Source of the DNA: the human T2T-CHM13v2.0 reference genome, Homo sapiens
Length of the DNA: 64,000 nt
Assembly (NCBI RefSeq): GCF_009914755.1
Contig: NC_060925.1
Strand: one strand, 5' to 3'
The stretch's first letter is position 1; every line of letters begins with the position of its first letter. Of the stretch, positions 1-20,755 are shown piece by piece. The notes beneath the pieces are model-generated. The model was given only the letters and a program-made list of their open reading frames with translations. It searched no databases and was not told where the DNA came from. A program made the position numbers and the translations under genes.

Positions 1-49
1 GATTTTTTTTCTACCTCTGATATTAATCTGCAACTTATTTGGTCATTTA

Positions 50-366
<317 letters not shown>

Positions 367-1465
367 ATTTTTGAGTTTATATCGTGTAACTTCTGTAAAA
401 TATTCTATTACATGAATGTGTTGTATCATATTTACCCATACCCCATTGATGAATGCTTAGGTTATTTCCAATCTTTGTTATTACAAACAATGCTGCAACC
501 AGTGTCCTTATGCATGTCTCCTTGTACCCACATGTAAGAGTTTGCTTAGGGAAAATACATCGGTCAAATTCCTCTACAGTGTAATCATATCAATTTATAT
601 TCCTACAATGTATGAGGGTCTATGTCTCTGCAATCTTGCCAATATTTGATATGAACAAGCTTTAAAAATTTGCCGATCGGTTAACTCATTAGTATTTTAA
701 TTTGCATTTATCTTATTTCTAGTGGGTTAAGTACCTTTTTCAATTTTTTTGTTTTTAAAAGATGGGGTCTTGCTCTGGAGTGCAGTAGTGCAATCATAGG
801 TCACTGCAGTCTCAAACTCTTGAGCTCAAGGGATCTGCCCACCTCAGCCTCCCAATTAGCCTGACTACAGGTGCATGCCACCATACTTGGCTAATTTTTA
901 AATTTTTTTGTAGAGACAGGATCTTGTGTATTGCCTAGGCTGGTCTCAAACTCCTGGGCTCAAGTGATCCTCCCACCTCAGCCTCCTGAGTAGCTAGATT
1001 ACAGGTCTGTGCCACTGCATCTGGCTAATTATTATTATTATTGTTTTTTGTAGAGACAGTGTCTCACTATGCTGCCAAGGCTGGGCTAATCTCAAACTCC
1101 TGGCCTCAAGCAATTCCTGGACCTTCCAAAGCTCCTGGCCCATTTTCAGACAATAATTTTATTGCCTATTTTTACTTCTTCTAGAAATTTTCTGTTTAGT
1201 CTTTGTTTACACTTATATTGAATTATTTTTATTATATTTTAACTTACTTGAAAAAATGCTTTAAAATTTGGATACTCACCTTTGTTATATAGCAAAGATT
1301 AATAATTAATATAAATTAATTTATCCAAGTCTATTCCCTGCTTTAGAACTTCTCTTGTCTTGCTGCAGATAATTTAAATTTGTATCTGGTTGGGTTTATC
1401 AGATTTTTATTCTATGCCTTTTGATTCTTTTTTTTTTTTTTTTTTGCCTTAAGAAAGCTCTTCCT

Positions 1466-2068
<603 letters not shown>

Positions 2069-2210
2069 AAAGCTCTTCCTTTTACCAAATTGTTAAGAGA
2101 TTCTCTTGTATTCTCTCTTAATAATTTGAAAGTTAATGTTTTACAATTAGATCTTTAATCTATCCAAAGCTTACTTTTGTGTATAGGGTGAGACAGAAAT
2201 ATAAATTGCA

Positions 2211-2238
2211 TTGTGTATGTGTGTGTGTGTGTGTGTGT
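2211..2238. repeat. (TG)n microsatellite
   Basis: Direct reading. Confidence 0.9.
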
Positions 2239-3815
2239 ATCCTCCCAACACCATTTGAACTGTCTTTTGACCATTTAAATGTGTCTATCATTTATCATAT
2301 TCCAAACACATACATGAGTCTGTGTCTTACATTTTTGTTCTGTTCCATTAATCTTTTTTTCACTTTTCTTGTACCAATATTCAGTGTTTTAACTACTGTT
2401 GTTTTATCATATCTTGCTATATTGTAAGACAAATCCTTGTTATTCTTTCTCAAAGTGATCTTGAATTTACTCTCCCATATGAATTTTGCAATCAGTTTTA
2501 TGTTCCAAGAAAGTCTTGTTAATTTGGTTGAGTTAGCATTGAATCTGTAGATTAATTAAGGAATCATGACTATCTTTACAATATTGAGACATTTTATCCA
2601 TTAACATGGTATAGCTTGCTATTCCGTCAGATTTCTTTTTATGTTTTTCACTAAAGCTTTGTAGTATTTGCAATAATGCTCTCACACAGTTTTATTGAAT
2701 TTATTTCTAGTTACTTTATAGTTTTACTTGTTGATTTAAATGGGACCTTCCCCCCGCACCCAGTTGGATATTGTTGTCATATAAGAGAGCTCTTGGTGTT
2801 TGATAACTCCCCACCAAGCTATATTCACTTATTAGTTCTAATAGTTTCTCAGGTGACTCACTTGGATCCAAGTCCACCTTCTTGTCTTAGCTCAGAATAA
2901 GTTCTAAATGACAATTTGTTAAATGAATTTTTAAAGTGATTGATCATTTTGTAGATTCCTGAGTTACCAGTCTGAGCCTGTGTTCTCCATTCTGGGAGTA
3001 GAAAGCTACTGAACGCTAGCTATGGTCACTGATAACACTAGATTGTTTTTCCATTTGTCCTTTTCTTGCAACAGCAATAACCAAAGCAAACATCCCTCAA
3101 AAAAACTTCTCTAGCTGAATTTCATTACTTGGGTTTCAGGTTTTAATATATGAAGTTCATCTTTTGGAACAGATTTTATCTCAAAATCTGAAGCAAGAAA
3201 TAAATTGCTATGTATGAAGGCATTCACTAAAAAAGCAGCTGGAAATGGTGCTGGGTGTGGGAGCACCCATGATCAAGGCACCAGGAACACCTGCAAGGTT
3301 GTGAGTGAGGATCCCGAGGCTGCAGGAGGATATGTAGAATAAAAGTGCCCTCTGCACAGCCACACTTTTTCACCCCATCCCATCCCTCCTCTCTGCTCTG
3401 CACCTACCACTCCCCACCCAGGGCATTCTAAGTGTGTTTAGCAATACACCATACTAAGAATCACCCACACTTTGCCATTCTGTTTGTGGGAAACCAAACA
3501 CTGCTCATGCTTCTAGTGAGTAAACAATTCAAAGTAAACTGCAAGTAGACAAGAGAGATTTAATCTCCTGTGTGAGGAAGGGTATTGCATAAGTGAAGAG
3601 AGGAACTTAAGATTCATGCTTAAATACACGCACTGGAATGCTGTGTCTCTGACAAACAGAAATCAAATCAGCACAAAGGTAATATTTTACTTAAGCTTCT
3701 GTCCCTCTGTTGACATTTTGGAATAAAACTTTCCAGATAATTTTATGTATGTATGCAAAATCTACAAGGCAATTGACTCCTGTATAATAATGAATGCTTA
3801 AGAAGGTAACAAGAC

Positions 3816-4115
3816 TAGGCATGGTGGCCCACACATGTAATCCCCGTACTTTAGAGGCCAAGGCAGGTGGATCCCCTGAGCCCAGGAGTTCGAGACCTGC
3901 CTAGGTAATGTAGTGAGACTCCTGTCTCTACAAAAAATAAAAATAAAAAAATTGGCCAGGCGTGGTGGGGTACATCTGTAGTCCCAGACACTCAAGAGGC
4001 TGAGGTGGAGGGACTGCTTGAACCTCAGGACGACGACGCTGCAGTGAGCTGTGATCATGCCACTACACTTTGCACTCCAGCCTCGGAGACAGAGCAAGAC
4101 CCTGTCTCAAAAACA
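3816..4115 (+). mobile_element. AluJ-like
   Basis: Alu consensus motifs. Confidence 0.88.
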
Positions 4116-4151
4116 AGAAGGTAGCAAAAGAAGATTTAATATTTTCTGATA

Positions 4152-4710
4152 GGAATGGAAAACCAAACATCGTGTGTTCTCACTGATGTGTAGGAGCTAA
4201 GCTATGAGGACGCAAAGGCATAAGAATGATACAGTGAACTTTGGGGACTTGAGGGAAGAGTGGGAGGGGGCAAGGGATAAAAGACTACCAATATGGTGCA
4301 CTGTATTCTCCTCGGGTGATGGGTGCACCAAAATCTCACAAACCACCACTAAAGAACTTACTCATGGCCGGGCGCGGTGGCTCATGCCTGTAATCCCAGC
4401 ACTTTGGGAGGCCGAGGCGGGCGGATCACGAGGTCAGGAGATCAAGACCATCCTGGCTAACACGGTGAAACCCCATCTCTACTAAAAATACAAAAAATTA
4501 GCTGGGCGTGGTGGCGGGCGCCTGTAATCCCAGCTACAGGAGGCTGAGGCAGGAGAATGGCGTGAACCTGGTAGGCGGAGCTTGCAGTGAGCTGAGATCC
4601 AGCCACTGCACTCCAGCCTGGGGGACAGAGCGAGACTCCGTCTCAGAAAAAAAAAGAACTTACTCATTAACCAAATACCACCTGTACCCCAATAACGTAT
4701 GGAAAAAAAA
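4152..4710 (+). mobile_element. 5'-truncated L1PB-like 3' end with nested AluY (4366-4655)
   Basis: L1PB 3'UTR motifs (gggtgcaccaaaatctcacaaaccaccactaaagaactta); Alu TSD aagaacttactcat; ttctgata on both flanks of the L1. Confidence 0.85.
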
Positions 4711-5032
4711 TTCTGATATGTTTCTCCTGCATTTGGATGAGGATGTAAATTCAACTCTAATAAATTACAGTGTATCAAAAGGATTAAAGGGTCTCTCCCT
4801 GCATTCTCTCCTAGCTCTGTTCCATCCTACACACAGCTGCTGGATTAATCTTCCAAAACACCAATTTTCTCATGCCACTTTTCAAAAACTAGCTTCCTGG
4901 CTTCCTGTTGTCTAAAAACTAGTTTCAGATGCTTTTGTCTGGCATTCAAGAAGGTCAGTAGTCTAGAGCCTCCTAAATGTTTCACTCCTGCTCCTTCCTT
5001 CTACCACTTACCACCTGTGTGCTCTTGGGTTA

Positions 5033-5222
<190 letters not shown>

Positions 5223-6434
5223 CTAATTATTTTAAGACCGGCCCCCCTGTCCCTGTAAAGATCCCACGCACCTCCTCCACTCAGTGGCTCACTGTAGCAA
5301 TGCCCTGAAAGGCTGTAATTGAGTCATATTCCAGCCCCTGGACTCAGGAGTCAGGGGTGATGTCGCCACCACCTAATTGCTTGGATTGAGGATGGGAACA
5401 GTGATTCTCAAGAAGAAAACTTGGACACTATTACCAGAAGTTAGTACAACTGCCTTAAAGCACTCTGGGCAAAATTTAACAACTGTCTGTTCCAAAAATG
5501 CAGAGACATGGAAACTTAGTAACTCTTGTTGGGGCATCTTCCATCACATATGATTCACTAAGGGTATATCAAGCAAATTCAACTGTAGGAACTGGCACAT
5601 TCTGAGGCATAGGGTCTCTTATGTTCCTAAATTTATATTTTACCATCGTGGTTCTAGCCACTTTTCTGTAGATCAGTCCCACTTGAGCAGCCCAGTTTGC
5701 TGGGTTTTATCTGTATGGAATGTACATATCCTTTGAAGTAAGACGCATGTGGTTCAATAATGTAACTTTTTAGATTGCAGAAATTTCACTGTAACACTTA
5801 CCTCAAATGGCATAAAATAAGCAAAAACATGTATTCTGTGATGAATCAAACAAAATATATTTTGAGTTGTTGTTTCCCCCATTTAAAACAGCACATTTCT
5901 GATCATTGTCATCTGTTTGTGAAAAGACATGAGACCAACAGTCCTTTCCACACTTACGGCTGCAGCCTTGTGCCCATGAGTTAAAGCCTCGGAATTTGCC
6001 TGAAACTTTCCCTGTCAATCCGAGATGGTCATGACCAAGCCACTTTGCTTCCATACATCTTCAGTGCCTCCTTCCACACACACATCTTTCCTGGTTTAAA
6101 CTTTCATTTCTCCAGTTCTATAGCAAAACAGTATTTGCAAATCTCTTTTGACCACAAACTCCTAACAGTCAGGGACTTCTCATTTGGATTTCCCCAGGGC
6201 TTGGAATTTTGTTTCGTTCATGGGGAGGGGCTGAGATTTTTAAAATTGCATTAATGAATGAAACCAATCAATCCATTGCTCCATGCTGTGTACAAACACT
6301 GTAATAAATATTGGTTGACTTCTTATAACTAAGGCAATAGGAGCTTCTCTCAATAAACTAAATTCCAAGGAAAGAATGAAGGTAGGAAAGTAGCTGGTTT
6401 ATTTGCACCTACTATATGACAGGCCTTAGTTTAG

Positions 6435-7808
<1,374 letters not shown>

Positions 7809-8199
7809 AAAAATGTCTATTTTCAATAGTGGTTTAAAACACTCTTGGACAGCAAAAGAAATAAAAGTTGAAGGACATTGTGACAGCAAATTGATTGTAT
7901 GGGAACTCTGGTGAATGCGAATCATTTTTAAATTACTTTTTTTGTAAAGTGCAAAACAACAATAGCACCCATTTGCGTCATACTTTATAGTTCGCAAAGC
8001 ACATGGGAAAAATAAAGGTAATGATGGGGATCGTTGCAATTCATAGGAAAGGAGGCACGAGGAAATGAAAATGAAAGGGAGTAATAACTACGTAACTAGT
8101 CAATCTTCCTTAAAAAAAAAAACCCCTTAAAATATACCACCATCTTCTATTTGATATAATGCAGAATGGGAATGATAAAAACATGAATTACATTTCAGA

Positions 8200-8556
8200 G
8201 TTTCAAAAAGCAAACCAGCTTTAGAGCAATGCTTGAGGTTGGGCTGCTAACAAGCTCACTCAACTAGTGTTTCCTGACGGCCAACGTCAGAATAATTCCA
8301 TCTCCATGAGAAGTACAGAAAGAACCACAAACCAAACCTCCAAATTGATTCTAAGATAAAATACCCTTAAAAAAAATTTCCCTTCCTATCCGAAGGCAGA
8401 CCAAGAGGAAGTTTATCCTCCCACCTACAAATTCCCCAGAGAGCTTTCATCTAGAAGGTTTGACTCTGGCCAGACAACCAGCGAGCATCTTCTCGCAATC
8501 TGTTGCTTCTTCCATGGCAAACTCCAGAGAATTAAGAAGCCAAACTCAACATCGCC
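8200..8556 (+). promoter_or_regulatory. EDARADD: CpG-poor promoter/5'UTR region of EDARADD isoform A
   Basis: Repeat-free sequence directly upstream of the exon 1A ATG; boundaries approximate. Confidence 0.65.
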
Positions 8557-8576
8557 ATGGGCCTCAGGACGACTAA
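8514..8576 (+). other. Out-of-frame upstream ORF overlapping the isoform A start (MANSRELRSQTQHRHGPQDD*)
   Basis: tccATGG at 8514, 43 nt upstream of the main ATG; open to TAA at 8574-8576. Translation not demonstrated. Confidence 0.55.
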
Positions 8577-8617
8577 ACAGATAGGGAGAGGCACTAAAGC
8601 TCCTGGTCACCAAGAGG
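8557..8617 (+). CDS. EDARADD: EDARADD exon 1A coding part (isoform A N-terminus MGLRTTKQIGRGTKAPGHQE, phase 1)
   Basis: gccATGG start at 8557, 61 coding nt, donor G|gtatgt at 8618. Translation matches the EDARADD isoform A N-terminus as I recall it, except codon 9 is ATA (Ile). Joins exon 2 in frame (G+AT = Asp). Confidence 0.96.
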
Positions 8618-9189
8618 GTATGTAGGCATTTGCTGTCTTCCTGGATTTCTCAGAGCTGAGTTTTTAGCCAGAGGTTGCTTATTTACGATAATTCTTGGAT
8701 ATATTATACACTAAATACTATTATTATCTTTTTCGACCCAACTTTTATCTTTCTGTTCTTATGTGTGAAGGCAGAGAAAGATTATTTAGAGCTCTTCAAA
8801 GATTCCTATTTAATTTAAAATGCCTGTCGCCTTCCTATAATAGGCTTATGATGGATGATAGCTTTAGTTAAAATGTAGCAATCTTAAATATATTCTTCAT
8901 AACCAATTCCAACGTGTTCTCACTTAAGTAATGGGTATAAAACCCCACTTAAGCGTAATATTTTAAATATTTGAAGCCATCTTTTCTGAGAGAACCCGAA
9001 GCTGTTTTTTCTAGAGAAGCTGTGAGTGTGTATTGGGCGACTTCTGTTCACTCCTTTTCTGCAGCACTCACCCTGGAGGTCATGTAGTAACTAATGCCAA
9101 AGAAAAATCAAAATAGAAAGTACCAGCGTGTGCCATCATGCAGCGGCAGAGCCTGCTTAAAGATCAGGAAATTTGTCTAAATATCAGAT

Positions 9190-10150
9190 CGCCGGCGGGC
9201 ATCTCAGCCCAGGCCTGTGTAAGGGGAGTTCTGGTGTCTCAGCTGAGGGCGTGAGTAGGGAGCCAGGAAAGCGACCCGCGACTGCAGCCGTTTCTTAAGG
9301 CCAGTCCTTCGCTCGCAGTCTGTCCCGGGCGGCAGTCGTGTCAGCCCCCCGCTAGGACCCGCCCAGGGGGACGTGGGTACCGGGCAGGACGCGCGCTCTG
9401 GGCGCTGGGGACGCCCGGGACACTCGGGGCCCCGCCTTGCGTCCCAGCCCCGGGTCGCGGCACCCCGGCTCCCGCCCCGCGCCTCTGGAGGGAGGTACCG
9501 AGGGACGCGCAGCGAAGGGGCTTTGCTAATTGCCAAAGCAGGAAGTGAGCTCGTGGAAGAAGCGAAGGAGGAGAAGAAGAAGGGAGGGGAAGGCGGAGGA
9601 GGGCAGGGGCGCGCAGAGCCACGGTTTGCTCCAGGCGCGTCGGAACCGCAGGACTTTTCATCCCCGTGGTCCCACGGTCCTCCCGCGCCCCGGAGGCCTG
9701 CCAGCCCCGCTCGGACGCTCGTTTGCCCCTAACCCGCCGCCATGGCTTCACCGGACGACCCTCTGCGCGCAGGTAAAGGGACACAGCGCCGCGCCCGCTC
9801 CTGGAGCGAGCACCGCGGGGCGGGAGCTCGGGAGGCGCTCGCAGCAGCCGCAGGGCTATCGAGGCCGGGCCTCGGCGACCCCCGAGGGAGGCCCGGGAAC
9901 CACCCCCGACCCAGGCGCCAGACCCGGAGTCGCACGGGGCTCCCAGTCCAGCCCCGCGAGCGGCTGCTGACCGCCCCTCCCGCGCTCGCCAGGGCCCCTG
10001 CCCCGCGTCAGCCACCGCGCGCCTTCCCCCTGCCCATGCCGCAGCCCCCGTGGCTTTTGTTCTGGACTCGGGATGCCAGGTTGAGACACGTCCTGCAAAC
10101 CTCTGGCAGAAATGGGCGCAAGGGGGTGGATTTCGTTTTCGCCTCCCGGG
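9190..10150. promoter_or_regulatory. EDARADD: CpG island / promoter of EDARADD isoform B
   Basis: Very GC- and CpG-rich; GC boxes (ccccgcc), ETS-like caggaagtg at 9539-9547; spans exon 1B. Confidence 0.93.
9742..9772 (+). CDS. EDARADD: EDARADD exon 1B coding part (isoform B N-terminus MASPDDPLRA, phase 1)
   Basis: Perfect Kozak gccgccATGG at 9742, donor AG|gtaaag at 9773, inside a CpG island. Same phase as exon 1A. Confidence 0.97.
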
Positions 10151-11238
10151 CTTTTTCTTTCTCCCCGCTCACATGCCTTCTCATTACTCCTCTTCCTCTC
10201 TCCCATTGCACTTTGATGAAATGGTTTTGTCTGTCTAAACATTGGCCCTCGGAGCTATTTCATCAGATAGTATCCGCAGAATCGAGAGGCGGATCCCACC
10301 TGTGGGATCCCATCTGTGATTAGAATGGCCTCTAGTTCTGTCTTTATTTTAAAATATTGTGTGTTGGTACCCGAGGTCGGAGTGGAGATTTTTCTCTATT
10401 CTCTCACGTGAATCTAAAATCCGTCCCAGACCTCGCTTTCCTGGAGTTCTCTCTCTCCGCTGTCCTATAACCTAGACGGTGACATCCGTGGGTGTTTCTT
10501 GAACACACGAATGAATGATCTATCCCTCAGAGTACACTGGGGCTTTACTTGGTTTTGTTGAGGTTGGAAACACTGAAGAGAGTTACACAGAACCTGATAT
10601 AACCGTTTAGATAAACGCGTTTCCTATTTCATTTCTTGAGCTTGGGCAGGGGCCGAGTTTGAATGTTCCATCCTTAAATTGTGGCTTCAGCAGTCAAAAG
10701 GAGACAGTGTGTCTGCAGGTGGTCAGAAGACTACACCCAACAACTAAGTTGGCATTGTGATGGCTGGGTTTGGGGGCGTTTCTTGGAAACTTCAAAGAAA
10801 GATCTACCTTTTTTTTTTTTAAGTGGTGATTGGTAAACATTTTATCAATTGGATGCGGAAAATAAATACATTGTCTAGATATTCTTCCCCATCCCCATAC
10901 CTATTGTTTGAAAAAACAGAAGGGGAAACAAAGGGAGAAACCCTCCTACTGCCCCATCCCACTCCACTCCTACCCTAGCATCCACCTCCTTTTCTGAGAA
11001 CTGAATTGACAAGGTGCCAAGGGGTGTTTTAGGCTGGATTTTACTACTAGTGGCCTCAGATCTCATTAAATGATGATTGCAGGGGTGGGGGGTGGGGGAA
11101 TTCAAAAAGATCTTGAGAGAGATACACTGCATGGAGATAAAATGTAAAATCTACTTGGGCTCCCCTAAATCGACAGTACCAGGCAAGATGGGGGCTGGGA
11201 AACAGCTCAGCAGTGACCACAGTGTGTAAAAAGCTCAG

Positions 11239-15314
<4,076 letters not shown>

Positions 15315-15729
15315 GCTATGGTACAAAACAACACACAAATAACAAATGAGAAAGAAATTAATCCTGCAATCACACATTCAAATAATTGCCTGTAATTCTT
15401 CACTAGAAAGCACAGTGACTGCACTTTTCTGGCTCAGGATGCTTGGGAAGGCCAGGAAGTCCTGACATACTTCCTTGTTTTCTCTGAAAGGACATCTTTA
15501 GAGATGTTTGAACTTCCTTTGAGAAACCGTCTCTAGGAAGCATTCACCGCTATCTGATGTCAGAATGCGGCAGTGCAGTCCTCGGCCGCCCCACCAGTGT
15601 CTGTTTCGGGTTATGTGCTGAGGATTCTTTCTGGAGAGGCTGTTGCATACAGTACGTGTTTCCCAGCATTCCTGAAGAGGCTCTGATTTGGTAGATGATG
15701 GGATTTGAGTCTTTGAGTTGAAGAAGAGT

Positions 15730-16035
15730 AGATGAGATTTAGGATTTAGAGTGGATGCTGGAATGATTAACGCTTTTGGGGATGTCGGGAGGAGGCAAAT
15801 AGATTCTGCATGTGGAAAGGATGGGCAGGGGGCAGAGTGTGAACTGTTACGGGTTGAATTGTGCCCCTCTAAAAAGATATGTTGAAGTTGGAATTCCTAG
15901 TACCTCAGAATGTAACTTTCTTCGGAAACAGAGTCTTTCCAGAGGTAACCAATTCAAAATGAAATCATCAGAGTGGGCTCTAAACCAATATGATTGGTGC
16001 CCATATAAAAAGGGGAAATGGGACACACAGACACT
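15730..16035 (+). mobile_element. MaLR: end of MLT1 internal sequence plus MLT1B/C-like LTR starting at 15846
   Basis: tgttacgggttgaattgtgcccc...tacctcagaatgt preceded by purine-rich internal end. Confidence 0.75.
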
Positions 16036-16084
16036 CACCTTCTCAAGAGAGTCTGTCGGGTGGTCAGTGTATGAACCACTTCTA

Positions 16085-19217
<3,133 letters not shown>

Positions 19218-19825
19218 TTAAGTAATTAATTTTTAAAAAAAGACCTGAAAATGCCTCTAACACCTGTTCTAAAAGTAGTGCCTTTCCCAGTTCCCCTCTC
19301 ACTTCATTGTTGTGCTTCAGAAAACAAAAAAACCTAAATTCTCTGTGTCTTTCTCATCTTAAGTTCCATTTATTCTGAGATGTCAGACCGAAGCAAGAGA
19401 CTTTGTGCCTATAAACCTGTGATGTCTTCTGTCTCTATCTTGTTGGCCTCATAACCCTCCAACACAAGCCCTGGGATCTCACAGAACTCGGTCAGAGTCT
19501 GAGGAGTGTTGATTGAAATTCACCCACCCAGGTGGTTCCCAAATCCAGAATAATGGTAGTAAGCTGAGTGTGGGATCCGGAGACTTGGAACTCCTCATGG
19601 TGCAGAGGAAGAGCCCGAGGCTTAGAAAGCTTACGTGACTTCTCCAAGGTCACACCTCTAGGCTTGTCCAAGGCCACAGCTCTAGACTTGTTTAAGGCCA
19701 GACTGCTAGGTCTTAGTGATGTGCCACTGAGGACCGGTCCTTCCTTGCTTTTAACTGTCCTGTGTGTGTCCTCAATGATGCTTTTTTGTGGCTCTGCCTT
19801 TCCCAGCGATCTACTGCATTTTCCT

Positions 19826-19841
19826 CTCCTTCCTTTCTTTT

Positions 19842-19885
<44 letters not shown>

Positions 19886-19976
19886 TTTCTTTCTTTCTTT
19901 CCTTCCTTCCTTTCCTTCCTTCCTTCCTTCCTTCCTTCCTTCCTTCCTTCCTTCCTTCCTTCCTTCCTTCCTTCCT

Positions 19977-20016
<40 letters not shown>

Positions 20017-20030
20017 TCCTTTTTTTTTTC
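19826..20030. repeat. Compound (CTTT)n(CCTT)n(CTTT)n microsatellite, about 200 bp pure pyrimidine
   Basis: Direct reading. Confidence 0.97.
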
Positions 20031-20436
20031 TGCTCATTCTAATTTTCCTGTAGGAAGCAGGATTAACTTGTCCTGGACGCAGCGGGCATTGTTTGCAGAG
20101 GATGGTGTCAGAGCATTTAAAGCCCCCAGCCTCACCCCACCCCTGGCTCCACACTCCAAACCCATTTACCTGAAATTTCACTGTGTTGATGCTATTAACA
20201 AGCCACACTCCTGGCAGGATGGCATTTTTAAGCCGTATCCTCCAGGTACCCTGTAGTGAAGATGAAATATGTGAGACTAGGCTGTGATAGGAGGAGGGAG
20301 AAGGGACTTCGGGCTATTTTGTGGTGGCTTCTACCACCCCCTCCCCAGCTAGGAACCAGCGTGTGAGAAGGATGGGAAGGAAAAACTGGAAAACCGAATG
20401 CACGTGTGTCCGGCTGTAAGGACTCATCTGAAGCAT

Positions 20437-20755
20437 CGTCATATGTCACTTAACAACAGGGATACACTGTGAGACATGCATCACTACATGGTTTCGTAGT
20501 TGGTGAGCGTCATAGAGTTCACTTACACAAACCTAGATGGTGTAACCTACAACACTCCTGGGCTGTTTGGTACAGCCCATTGCTCCAGGACTACACACCT
20601 GCCCAGCATGGGACCACCCTGAATACAGCAGGCGGCTGTAACACAGTGCTATTTGTGAGTCTAAACATATCTCAACATGGAAAAGGTATGGTGAGAAGAT
20701 GGTGGTCTAATCTTTATGGGACCACCATCATATACATGGTCTGTCCTGTGACTGT
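20437..20755. mobile_element. Tigger3a-like DNA transposon remnant
   Basis: cacttacacaaacctagatggt...tatgggaccaccatcatata motifs. Confidence 0.75.

Noticed and set aside
9204-10242. Several long overlapping ORFs on both strands
   Set aside because: Typical CpG-island artefacts (Arg/Gly/Pro/Ala-rich, no recognisable domain).
9742-10323. 193-aa ORF from the isoform B ATG
   Set aside because: Read-through past the 9773 splice donor into GC-rich, stop-poor intron; only the first 10 codons match EDARADD.
19492-20256. 238-aa and 160-aa ORFs with KERK/FLPS repeats (also 60686-61204)
   Set aside because: Translations of (CTTT/CCTT)n microsatellites.
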